Source: Eremomyces bilateralis CBS 781.70 (lineage: Eukaryota). From it: a DNA stretch of 64,000 bases. Position 1 is the stretch's first letter; every line of letters begins with the position of its first letter. The translations under genes and the position numbers were made by a program. Under the pieces are notes generated by a model. It had not been told where the DNA came from and did not search any database. It saw only the letters and a program-made list of their open reading frames with translations. Positions 51,637-63,389 of the stretch are shown here, one piece after another. Location of the stretch: assembly GCA_010015585.1 (NCBI GenBank), contig ML975175.1, one strand, 5' to 3'.

Positions 51637-52441
51637 ATGAGCACCAATACTAGTGGTGCTGGCTTCGCAATCCGCCGTAATGGCACCTGTAATGCGTCTC
51701 TTGGAGAAGTTTATTGTGGTGAAACCGCAAAACCCTATCACGCATGCTGTCCTCGGTCCGCGTACTGTCCAGCCGATCCCCCCTACAATGCGTACTGCTG
51801 CGATCAGCCTGATTTCAATTGTACTATGGCGATCTTGGATGAAGGTCCATTCTGTGCCAATACATCATGGAATATGTACGACAACGGCGGGTATTTTTGT
51901 TGCGACGTGGGCATGCCAGGATATCAGAATACTGAGTTGAATTCAAATGGATGCGCGAGGCCTGGGTTTCAGCTTGCAAGTTCGGAGACGTATTTAACTC
52001 CACTAGGGCAGGAATCGAAACGTTAGTTATGATTCCGTTGTCTTCGAAATCCCTAGCTAATTATTACTCCATAAAGCCACCGCCTCGTCTAATACCAGTC
52101 CCTCACTGCCTCTTACTACCACTGCCTCTTCCCAATCTCCTGCATCGTCTTCCTCCCCGACATCAGGTTCCAACTCCCCCAACGTGGGTGCCATTGCTGG
52201 TGGCACAGTCGGCGGGCTCGCGGTCCTCGCTCTCATAATAATTATCCTCTGGTGTGCCTTCCTTCGTCGACGAAACCATCGACAAACCGATCTACACCCA
52301 GCAGACTTGCATCTTTTTCAGAGCCCAGAGAAAGTCCAAGGTCGAGGGGTCGCGGTAGAAATGGAGACAACTATTGTGCCATCGGAACTTCCTGGAGATA
52401 GGCCTACAACTATTTCCGGGCTGCCACCTGTGACACAGTAG
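51637..52441 (+). CDS. Single-pass membrane protein with Cys-rich ectodomain and S/T stalk (intron ~52022-52076)
   Basis: Cys-rich exon 1 (ACCP..CC..CC), S/T-rich linker, GAIAGGTVGGLAVLALIIIILW TM followed by RRR, and a cytoplasmic EME...ELP motif. Confidence 0.8.
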
Positions 52442-52920
52442 GGGAAAGATGAGGTTCAATTTCCTAAAATCCGGCAAACTAAAGATATAGGAGAAGGAAA
52501 AGAAGGAAGGGAAACAAACCGCAACGGAATTATCTTACATGTTCCCCATCGCTGATCGTACCTTGCTCTTCATTCACCGTGGTGTTTATCTCCAATGGTG
52601 AATTGAGATACACTGTTATGGTCCCAGACCTGTGACTGATGTATGTGTGGCTGAAGCCAGGTGTGGCGAGAGGATTATCAGGATGTAGTCATGTGTTGAT
52701 GGTCTGATGGATGTGTTAATGAAGTGGAGGAGAGGTCTAATGGTCTATCATACACAGGAAATATTAGGTGGAGATCGGAACTTGTTGTGATAGTCCCATG
52801 TGTTCAATTCTGGGTGAAGCTCCTTTCACACCCTGCTGTGCTCCATTCACACCTGCACCCTGCTCTATTTTGTTAGACCTGGGCCGGGAGAACATCGGTT
52901 ATGAGGCAGCACGTTATTAG

Positions 52921-53956
52921 TCATTCTTTGTAGCTATTTAACCTCTCAATTGGGAAGTGACCGTGGTGAGTAGTTAATCCGGATCCGAAACTTACCATCA
53001 GCCTCTCTGCCGCCGCAACGCCGGTACGCCGCTCTAACCATTCACTCCTCACAACGATACATGAAGACTGTACAGGAGACTGGGAACGCTGTTCCTCACC
53101 ATAATGGGCACCCGGGTCTTGCATGAGCCGCTTCGACGGCCACAGTGGTGATGTTGGTTCGGAGTCGTGCTCATCAGATGTACGACGTCGTTTCGCGCTC
53201 CCTCTTTGCTCGCTTTCGTTCAATAGAATAGTCACCACCCGACCTATCGACAGGTCGATATCCTTGGCGAGCATTTCGCGTGTTTTGTACATGGTATCCT
53301 GCAACGATTGAAGGCCCTCGGTGTGCTGGCGCTTAAGTTCGTCCGCAATCTTGAGAAGGAGAGCGTGGTCGAGAGCATGGAGAGCAGCCTGGGGGGCTGG
53401 TGGAGATTGGGCTAGAACTTGTGAAGGGAGCGGGTGGTGCTGGTGCGGTGCTTGAGAAGCAGCCTGTGGAGGAGATTTGCCATGGACCTGCCGCAGAGAC
53501 GGCTCGTGGTGCTGCTCCTCCTCACGCTGTTGGGACTGGTACGGCTGTAGAAGGGAATCGAGTTAGCGGCGAGATCGAAATACGGGCGAAAGGGGGGAGA
53601 CTTACCAGCCTTTGTGGCTCCGCCACAGGCGAAATCCGATCTAATTGTATCTTGTACGGACCGTCCGGTAGCCGGGCGGTATTTCCCTGAAGGTGCAGAT
53701 GGATCTGCGCCGGGTTCTCACATCGAATCGTCAACTTCACATGGTCGCCATCAGGCTAAGTGCTGGCTTGACTGAACTACTGGGTCGGGAAACAGTGACG
53801 GAGGCCATCGATGATCTGGCGACCAAAGAAGAGCCACTCACATTGCCAGGGCAAATGGGTTTCGGCAGGCGTAGTAGATACGGACATGACATGGCGAAGA
53901 GAAGGTAAGCGACGATAGGACGAAGGCCCTGAGGTGGAGTCTCGCGACACAGCCAT
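52921..53956 (-). pseudogene. Spliced hypothetical gene with two in-frame TAG codons
   Basis: MAVSRDSTSG...FPTQ*FSQAST*PDGDHVKLTIRCENP...QRL, then a canonical GTAAGT..GCTAAC..TACAG intron (~53545-53605), then in frame PYQSQQ...LQDTMYKTRE. TAGs at 53777-53779 and 53756-53758. The 3' end is uncertain. Confidence 0.55.
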
Positions 53957-55161
53957 TGCTTCACAATCCTCTAGCTGGAGGAATAGAATGAGATAGAAGT
54001 AAAGGGAGGAAAGAGCGGAATAAATCTGAAGAAAGAAGCCGAAGAAACGGCGTAACCAAAGGATAATACTATGGGTAGAGTCGAGAGAGAGAAGCCAAAG
54101 ATGTTCACTGCGAGCAATGAGCAGGAGGATAGACTGATTCCGTCCCGTCTTTTATAGCCCTCAATTTCCAACATTATTAGCGCTAAGGGATCCCCCTCAA
54201 AGAGCTACTAAGCTCGTTGGCCCTGCGCTAACATCCAGCTGCGGCGTGCCGCATGAGAACCATCCTCTGCTCTCAGCACGTTGTGGATAGCTGATCAAGA
54301 ACTGAGTGGACGACAAGCCCTGACTTGCAAGTGGGCATTGAGAACCGGCTTAACCGCCCAACATGACCAGGTCAACTCACAGAGAACTCTCGTATTTGGT
54401 TAGGGCGTTTGAAGACTCCGTGGATCCTTCGTGTTCCTTTATGCGAGCTGGAGTTCCAAGGACTCCTGCCACCTCCGAGTCGGACAGCTTGGCCAACCCG
54501 AGAGCGGTGGAAACGCATGAAGCGCCTAAAACCTCAAGGTCGAGATGTCCATGCTGCGTTCCATCGCCGTGGAGCAAGTTCATGCATTACGCACGAACAC
54601 ATCCGAGTTCCAGCCATATCCCAGGCTCGAGTCCGCGTGATGGGGTACGTTGCCAAGGTAGCGAGCGACGATGACGGGGCAGTGCGTGTTCCTAGGACGG
54701 CTGGAGCAATTGGCGTTGAATGGTCAATCTCATCTGCTTGAGGAGCACCCGTTCAACGAGAAGCGGACAAAATCAGTCAGTCTTAACAAGCTGCTGGGCT
54801 AGATGGTGCGATTAAGGGGCCCTCTGCTATCAAAATGCGGTGGTTAAGGGCTATTATCTAATCCTCAAGTCTACTTCGATAATCAAGCAGTTCTGTACTA
54901 AATTCGCTGTTAGTAGGGGAAAAGGCGGTCTTGTAGTAGTAGCGGGTTACCAAACGGCACAGTAGCAAACATGCAGGCCTCCTCACTCACTTCCGGGAGA
55001 GCGCAATCCCAGAATCCCGGGGACAGACCGAGTTGGGTTCCGTACACCAAGTTAGAACGGAAGGGCTTAGTAAACCCTAATCCGGTCTGGTTTCGAGGAG
55101 CAGCTAACATAATCATGCTGCCCTCAGATAAGGATCGATTGTACGGTGGCACACAAAGAGC

Positions 55162-57444
55162 CTAGCTCAAGGTCACTTGCTGCATTTCCTTCACAGATGC
55201 AGAACCTCTCCGCTTGGTCACACACGCATTGGGGTCTCTCTTCCTCTTTCGGTTTGCTGAGATAGTGCCCAGTGCGGGGCGTTGCTCGATGAATTGTGCC
55301 CGCTCGAAATCAATCAGCATCACTTTGCCGGTCTCCTCATTCCACAACATGTTGCGAAGCGCGAGATCATTGTGAACGATCCCGAGGCTAGCGACCGCTT
55401 GGATTGAAGAGCGAATCAACCGAAGAATCCGTGGCCGGTTCTCGGTGGTAAGGTGCGTGGATAGGAGCTCTCCACCAAAGCTCATGAGCATCATGTGATC
55501 AAGCTTCGCAATTCCCTCGTAGTAATAGGGAGTGCTCAGGTCGATGTTGCCCAAATAAACTGGCACAATGCCGCTGCCCTGAATCGGACGGAGGCTGTCG
55601 TAGAGGGTAGCCTCGTGTTTCAGGCGGTGAGCAAAGTCGGTGGCTTTGGCGGCGATGGTATACCCGTGAGATCTGAGTCTGATGCGAAATAGGATGCCGC
55701 ATGATCCAGGAGGGCCTATGGGCATGCAGTCGGTATCAAGGTCTTCTGAAAGTTGCCGACGAACGAGACTAACGAAGGTAGATAAACAAATCCGATGATA
55801 GCTCTTCCCATGGTCTCGCGCATTGGGACATGACATGTCAAGGAGACCCCGGTTGACGAGGCCAAGGAGGCACTTTTGAGTACAATGCTGTCCACCACTC
55901 GACGTTCCTCCGTGAAGATCCGCACCGGATGATGAGCGGGCGGTGGCCTGGGTGCGAGCGGAGTGTCGGGGTAAAGGCCGCTCTCGACTCGGAGTATCCG
56001 GATCAAGCTCATCATCGCTTGAATTTTCGTGACTCTGCAGTCGCACGCAACTAGATGAGCCGGTTGTAACCGGTCGTCGTCGGAGGCGCACAGGAGACAT
56101 GCGAAGGAAGCCATCGTCACGAGGTGGCCGATACTCTGACGGTGGGGCGTCCTGCAGGGGGATTGTATCGAGCAGTTCGGCGTACACCACCTCCCAGCTG
56201 TTCAGTAGGTTGGCAGCCTGGGATCGCCAGCTCTGGTTTCGAGGCGGCGACTTCAATGCTTGGAGCGTAAACGCGAGCATTTGCCCAACCGCGGTCAGAT
56301 GCAGACGATTTGGGTCGTCCGAATCCGGCACCCATTCCGTGGGTCCCCCAACGTCACCCGTCGGGACCGATAGGAAGTAATGGACCGTACCGGGGTCCAT
56401 CTCCGGCACCCGGAGGAAGATGAACGCTTCGCCGGTGCAAACGCACCCGTATTCTACCCCAGCGTTGATCATATATGAAAACGCTTGTGTAATGATTGCG
56501 GCAATCAATCGGCGGAAGCGGTTCCGCGGAGCATCGGATTCTTGATACCGAATCACGTCCTCAAGTTTCATGTCATCCAGGCCTTCGTAAATGTACCCAA
56601 GGGGGAGATTATGCGGTGCTTTGTATTCCATGACGAAGGCAGGGATGCGGTTCTCCTGGTTCCGAATGCTCTTGTTGTAGACGCAGAATTGATCTGCACG
56701 AGGACGGGAGGATCGTATGTGAGTTGTCGGTGCCGATTCTGCCGGGTGCACCGCCATCGATTCGTTGGCTTTGGCATGTAGGCATGCCGACCGCCGTGGC
56801 GGATTTCCGGAGAGGGGAAGTTGGTCGATGCCCTCTGCAAGCTGAGTGTCAGGGCATAGCGCGTTGGCGTGATTCTCAAAGCTGATCAAGCCCTGCAGAC
56901 CAAATTCCTGCTGAAGTCTTCGGTCGGTGTTCATTTGTTGGATGATCAACGCAACGGGGTCTTCGACAGTGGTGCGCTGGAAATGATGCAGGTCAAGCTC
57001 AGAACTCAGCGACCGTTTTCGGACCGTTTCCCCAGACTCTTGCAAAGTATGTACCGAGGTGAAGTGCCGCTCCGAGACAAATCCCGACTGCATCAAAGTG
57101 TTCCAAATCGCGTCCTGGCGGGCTGGGAAGTCCTCCTACTCGAGCAGCTTCTCGGCTCGAAGCTTGTTGTTCGCGTTGGCAGGGTCACCCCGTGTCGACC
57201 TGGTTGCATCGGTCTGGACGGTGAGGCCGGAATGCAGGTAATTGTGGCAGGCATCGAGATATTCGGGTAGAGTGCTTTTCCGAGTGCTAAATTCAGCCTG
57301 CTCTTGGGCCCGCTCCGCTTCTTCGCGTCGACGTTGTTCCTCCTGCCATCGACGCTGTTCCTCCTGCCATCGACGCTGTTCCTCCTGTCGTCGGCTCTGC
57401 TCCTCGAAATAGAGCGTTTTGTAGTCGGGCGACTCTTCCGCCAT
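55162..57444 (-). CDS. Spok-family (spore killer-like) coiled coil-nuclease-Cys cluster-kinase protein, 760 codons, with one in-frame TAG at 57136-57138
   Basis: The two ORFs are in the same frame. EEQRR coiled-coil repeats; TLPEYLDACH; PD-(D/E)XK-like RADQFCVY...FVMEYKAPH; TQAFSYMI..GVEYG...TGEAFIFL; HCTQKCL...CPN...H; kinase GSCG, LQG-like IQG..VPVYLG, HNDLALRN, IDFERA; C-terminal RKRKR. Confidence 0.85.
57337..57387. repeat. 21-bp tandem repeat encoding a heptad coiled coil (QEEQRRW)
   Basis: TTCCTCCTGCCATCGACGCTG repeated about 2.5 times in the Spok-like 5' region. Confidence 0.9.
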
Positions 57445-57744
57445 GGCTAGCCGCTATTAGAGGTGGTCAGATGCACAAAGGAATGTCCATCTCAGAATCG
57501 GGTATAATCGCTGGTGAGACGCCAGGAAACAAGCGTGTTTACCAAAAGTTGGATTGTTGTTGTCCAAGTTACCAAGCTTAGTCCAAGCGACCAAGCAGGA
57601 CTTGGCAGCGCACGGATCCCTTTTCTGGTGGTGGAACTACTATGTAGTCCCAGTATGTCCTTTCGCTGAAGATATTCTTAAGAGAACTCATCAACTCAAT
57701 CTCCCTAGCGACTTACGTTCGGTTCCTCAAAGCCTACCCTTACT

Positions 57745-60700
57745 ATGCGACTGCTTAGCACTGGCCCTGGCGGAAGCTTCAGCCTGCACTGCTTCACCAG
57801 CAACATTCCTAGCTATGCAATCCTTTCGCACACCTGGGAGGCGGATGACCAGGAGGTTACATTCCAAGATATTATGAATGCCGCGGGAACCAGCAAGACA
57901 GGCTATAGAAAGATCGAGTTTTGTAAGGAGCAAGCAGAGAAAAACGGACTTCAGTATTTCTGGGTGGACAGCTGCTGCATCGACAAGTCAAGTAGCGCCG
58001 AGCTCACAGAAGCTATCAACTCGATGTTTCGCTGGTACCAGGATGCAGCAAAATGCTATGTATATCTCTCAGACGTTTCAACAGGAAAGCACACCCGATC
58101 TTCTAAGCTCCTATGGGAACCGGCGTTTAGACAGGGTCGATGGTTCACCAGAGGTTGGACACTACAGGAGCTTCTTGCTCCGCGATCAGTCGAGTTCTTC
58201 TCCCGAGATGGCAAGCGACTTGGTAACAAAGACTCGTTAGAACAGCAAATTCATAAGATCACTGGGATTGCAATTGACGCACTTCGAGGACATCTTTCTC
58301 AATTCAGCGACGAGGAGCGAATGGCATGGGCAGAAAAGCGAGAGACCACGAAAGAAGAGGATCAAGCATATTGCCTCATGGGAATCTTCGACGTCTCCCT
58401 ACCAGTCATATATGGCGAGGGGAAAAGAAAAGCACTCCAGCGGCTTCGAGAAGCGATCGATAAGCGTTCAGGCGATACGCAAGGTAATTTAACCGCCAAA
58501 TTATTTAGTTAGCCGGCTAATCTGCGAAGTGGAATGGAACAACAAGGAACGGGACTGTATGCAAGCCCTGCGTACTTCGGCTTCCGACTACGAGCAGTTC
58601 AAGGAGAGGAACTCTAGCCGACTTAGAGATACCTGTCAGTGGGTTCTCCATCATAAAAATTTCCGAAACTGGAAAGACAGCAGCTCCTCAAGTCTTCTTT
58701 GGATATCTGCGGATCCTGGATGCGGAAAATCGGTTTTTTCTAAATCTCTTGTCGACGAAGACTTGAAAAATATGGACGCTCGCACAACTTACTACTTCTT
58801 CTTCAAAGATGACGACGACGTACAGAAAAGTGCAGTTACAGCTCTTGCGGCACTACTCCACCAGCTCTTTCGGCGGAAACCAACACTTATTAAACATGCT
58901 ATTTCGGATTTCGCCGCTAATGGACATCAACTTTCTCAATCATTTCATACACTCTGGGGGATTTTAATAAAGACGGTGGCTGATCGGAATGCCGGGGAAG
59001 TCTTTTGCGTCTTGGATGCCCTCGACGAATGCACAAAAGCAGGGCAGTATCAGATTATTAACGCTCTCAGTTCATTCTATCAGCAAGCAAGCTCCGGAAA
59101 CGATTCATCTCGACTCAAAATATGTATCACTAGTCGTCCTTACCCAGACATCGAACGGCGCTTCACCGATCTTACTTCTAACTTTCCTACGATTCGGCTA
59201 CACGGCGAGCAAGAGTCAGATGAAATCAGTCGTGAGATCGACCTAGTCATCAAATGGAGAGTATCCCAACTCGGATCTGAGCTTAAGCTTAATAATTTAG
59301 AACAGTCAAATCTCGAAATAGAACTGTTAAGAATGAGCCACCGAACATACCTCTGGGTAACGCTCATTTTCGATATCATTCGTAAAATGATTCGACCGAC
59401 AAGTCGGAAACTGAAGGCAGTTATTAGTAACCTTCCGTCTACAGTTGATGAAGCATACGAAGCGATTCTTACAAAAATCGAGGAAGATGATCGACCACAA
59501 GCGCGGAAATTGCTCTATATCGTTGTTGGAGCAACCAGGCCTCTTACACTGAAGGAAATGAACATCGCTCTAGCTATAGAAGACCGTCATCGCTCCTACG
59601 ACGACCTTAAGCCTGACCTTGACGATAAAGCGAGGTTTGAGGCGTCGGTGACACACCTCTGCGGGCTCTTTGTGACTGTAGTGGATCGAACGGTCTATCT
59701 AATCCATCAGACCGCAAAAGAATTCCTTCTCGCGAAGAGCGAGGCCGCTGCTATTGGATGGAAACATTCTCTTGTTCCAACGAATTCCGAGACCCTTATG
59801 GCCAGAGCATGCCTTACATATCTTTCATTTACTGAATTTGATGGAGCGACAGATCAGATCTCTGCAGCAGTCAAACACGACTACTTAGATTATGCTGCCG
59901 GTTCTTGGGCTGCTCACTATCGAAAAGCACAGCATAGTGCAACCGAGCAAATGTTGGACTTGGTTTTCAGAGTCTGCGATACCCGATCCCAGCGGTTCAA
60001 GACTTGGTTCGATATATACTGGAAGATGGCTTACCAGTGGCACTCTAATCCACAGTTCACAAGCATTCTGATGGTAGAGTCATATTTTGGGCACGAGGGT
60101 ATCGTCAAGCTGCTGCTCGAGGCCGAGGCCGAGGCCGACTCGAAGGATGATAACGGTCAGACGCCGCTGTCATGGGCGGCCGAGAACGGGCATGCGGGTA
60201 TCGTCAAACTGCTGCTCGAGGCCGACGCCGACGCTGACTCGAAGGATAACAACGGTCGGACGCCGCTGTGGAGGGCGGCCACGAACGGGCACGAGAGTAT
60301 CGTCAAGCAGCTGCACGAGGCCGAGGCCGAGGCCGACTCGAAGGATAACTACGGTCGGACGCCGCTGTGGAGGGCGGCCGAGAACGGGCACGCGGGTGTC
60401 GTCAAGCTGCTGCTCGAGGCCGAGGTCGACGCTAACTCGAAGGATAACAACGGTCAGACGGCGCTGTCGTGGGCGGCCGCGAACGGGCATAAGAGTATCA
60501 TCAAGCTGCTGCTCGAGGCCGAGGCCGAGGCCGACTCGAAGGATGACTACGGTCGGACGCCGCTGTCGTGGGCAGCCGAGAACGGGCACGAGGGTATCGT
60601 CAAGCTGCTGCTCGAGGCCGAGGCCGAGGCCGACTCGAAGGACGATGACGGTCGGACGCTGCTATGGTGGGCGGCCGAGAACGGGCACGAGAGTATCGTC

Positions 60701-60859
60701 AAGCTGCTGCTCGAGGCCGGCGTCGACGCCAACTCGAAGGATAACTACGGTCGGACGCCGCTGTGGTGGGCGGCCGCGAACGGGCACGAGGGTATCGTGA
60801 AGCTGCTGGAGTCCTTTAGCACTCTAGGATTTTCGGTTTGCCCCCCACCCACTACCTAA
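57745..60859 (+). CDS. Fungal NLR: HET - NACHT - ankyrin repeats (intron 58484-58529)
   Basis: HET: YAILSHTW, YFWVDSCCIDKSSSAELTEAINSMFRWY, WFTRGWTLQELLAP. NACHT Walker A ADPGCGKS, Walker B VLDALDEC, ITSRP, IHQTAKEFL. Seven near-identical ankyrin repeats. Confidence 0.95.
60087..60810 (+). repeat. 99-bp tandem ankyrin repeats with high internal conservation (~7.3 units)
   Basis: Repeating unit GGGCACGAGGGTATCGTCAAGCTGCTGCTCGAGGCCGAGGCC...GACTCGAAGGAT...GGTCGGACGCCGCTG. Confidence 0.95.
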
Positions 60860-62085
60860 AGTCATCCACGCTCTTAAAATATTCTGTATAGTTAATAGAC
60901 AAGAACTTCTATTGCTTTGAAATCAATCTGCTGTTTATAAAATCCATGCGGTTCTCGGATTGGTAATAATTCTCGGTTTAATGTGCCACGTGATATACGG
61001 TACTCATTTGACAGTCAAATGGCTTTCGTTGCCACCAGACTCTCTGCATTTTAAAAGCGTTCTTTTGAGGTCAGCTTCAGCTGAATCCCCGTTTAGCTTC
61101 AAGAAGACCATTTAGGCAAAGAGTATGAAGGCATCCGTGCGCTGAGAAGAATCCAAGATTCCAAGATGCAAAATGCAAAACCGGAAACCGAATCTCCTCG
61201 CGACTGTATAAATCATAGAACGCCTGCGGAATAGACTCTTGGTGTCGTGAGTGTTATAAAGAGCCAAATCTGGCTCCCGGTAGGAGTGAGAGCCTGATTT
61301 TGTACAGTAGTAGGGTCATTCGAGGCGTAATGATGTAAACGAGTGACCCTTTGGGCCATTAGAGAGTCCGAACAGGCCGTTCCGACTACGATATACATGT
61401 AGGAGAGGAAAGGGAGAGAGCGAGCAGTGGGTGAGCAGTGGGTAAAGAACCCAAATGGCTAATATCTATCAGGAGCCTGTTTGAGCTCCGGTAATGATCT
61501 ACGAACCGTGAAAGTCATAGAGTGCTGCGTGAGCAGTGGGTGAGCATTGGGTGAGCAGTACCACGTGGCTGGGCGCGCGAGCCGCGCGAGGGAGATCTGG
61601 GGCATGGACGCGCCGCTCATCAGGCCGGATGATCATATCGTGTGGCGGATGTCGTCTGGTGCGAGGCCGATTGATGCCGACTCGATCCTGCGTTCGATGA
61701 GCAAGTGGGGGGTGAGGCACACCCCACTGTGCTCCATTCATACCCGCTGACCCCGCCACCCTGCTCCATTCACGCCCTACCCGGTCACATGACATACCAA
61801 TCCCTTAGAAATGTGGTCGTGGGTTACCTCAGCAAGCTCAGGCTATTTGTGGTCGTGCCAAGGCACCGGAGTGGGACTATACCTAATCGGTAAGTCACAT
61901 GCACTCCTCGAACAAATAGCCTGAGGATTCTGTCAATGGGTTTTGGGTGTGTGTGGAGAGCTTTCATACCAAATGGAAGACCATTTTTAACTCCATTTTC
62001 TTCCACAACCACACTGTGCTCCGTCAATTAAATATAACCATTCGATTCCCCTGCTTTTTCTCCATAATTGATTGAATTTTGGGTC

Positions 62086-62935
62086 ATGTCGGCCTGAAAC
62101 CAGCGTCGTCAGAGCGCGCGGTTGAACTCGCCCACTTTGCTACTTGCTCCAAGTCCTCAGCATAGTGCTGCGTCAAACACATCTAATGCACCACATCAGA
62201 AAGTAAGAGGGTCTCAAAGACGCAGTAAGCCACAGAGAATAAATGAGATATGTCAATTCATGAAGAAAAGAGCATTAAATTTTGAGAATTTATCTACATC
62301 TACGCGACGACTTAAGGGTTGGGTGGTTATAGAGAGTGCTCTGTCACGCGAGCCAAATAGCTCGCTGAGGCTGTCTACGGTTAGCCAGAGCCCAGAGGTC
62401 TTAGACGCACTATAAGAATCCCGCGTCTAGTGCGGCAGGAACTATCACTATAAAGGGTCTAAGGAAGGAAATGAAGGCACTAGAAGAAGCCGTAGATATG
62501 TTTAGTGCCTACTAAGTCGACTGCATCTAGGAGAAGACTTTACCTACCGGCGTAGGGAGGGGGAAACAGTTAGAGGGTTAGAAAATCGAGGACTACGAGT
62601 GTATACTAGGCGACATACTGTCTAGGCAGATATACGAGCAAGTTAGCACTCGTGCTCCTCTTCTATGTAGATTGCTTAATAGTCTTATGACACCTAAGAT
62701 GAGAAAAGATCGACTACCACGGGATCCTGTTAAGTTTAACCACAGGATTGCGATAGTCACGTTAATTCTCTGCTATTCTCGGGGGTCGGAAGGGAGCAAT
62801 AGGTTTCCCCGCGTATTTGACGCCTTTCTGCATTCAAATGGTGTGAAACGGCGTGTCCTCGATATTCTTCACCAGCTTGGGGTTTATAAAGGCTACAAGA
62901 GGGCCCACAGATATCTCGAAACCGTGGCAGAATAA
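62086..62935 (+). pseudogene. Degraded N-terminal part of a putative transposase
   Basis: Stop-ridden, TpA-rich frame; the segment ILCYSRGSEGSNRFPRVFDAFLHSNGVKRRVLDILHQLGVYKGY resembles regions preceding fungal DUF6589-type domains (from memory, unverified). Confidence 0.5.
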
Positions 62936-62989
62936 ACAAAGGCATCCTTATCGCCTCTTAGTATATAGACGTCGACCGATTATAACTAG

Positions 62990-63389
62990 GGGACGGTCCG
63001 TCGATATACTCCTGTCTAATTCGATCCAAAGGGATAAGGATGAAGCCGATGCCACCGCGACAAAGCAATAGCGTTACCTGGAATATGACACTTTTACCAA
63101 AAGATATCTTCGCTACAAGAGGAAGGTCCTCCTACTTGAATACTAAATGCCATATAACATCTACCTGCTTCTAACGAGGCTCGAATGGGTAGAGATGGCG
63201 GTCTAGGCCTGCTCGGATGATGACCTTCTGCACTTCCTCGGGCACGTCTCTTGCAATTTCGACCAGCCGCTGTATAGCTAGCATACTCGTAGTGCTATAG
63301 GCATCGTGGACGAGATCTCTGGCGATGTCCACAGTCTCTCGTCGCCCGTTTCGAACGCTCGCCTTGCTTCGCATGGGAAATATGAACAC
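62990..63389 (-). pseudogene. N-terminal relic of a RecQ-like SF2 helicase
   Basis: YPFEPR*KQVDVIWHLVFK*EDLPLVAKISFGKSVIFQ...GFILIPLDRIRQE corresponds to the Q-motif, degenerate Walker A (AKTxxGKS) and motif Ia; truncated before DExH. Confidence 0.75.

Noticed and set aside
54363..54741. Short ORFs between the pseudogene and the Spok-like gene
   Set aside because: No recognisable domain; may be a decayed fragment but cannot be supported
60087..60800. CRISPR-like regular repeats and a 237-aa alternative-frame ORF
   Set aside because: These are 99-bp coding ankyrin units with no unique spacers; the alternative frame is a by-product
61824..61827. TTAC as a Starship target-site repeat
   Set aside because: It is part of an inverted repeat with its own 8-bp TSD, not a direct repeat boundary
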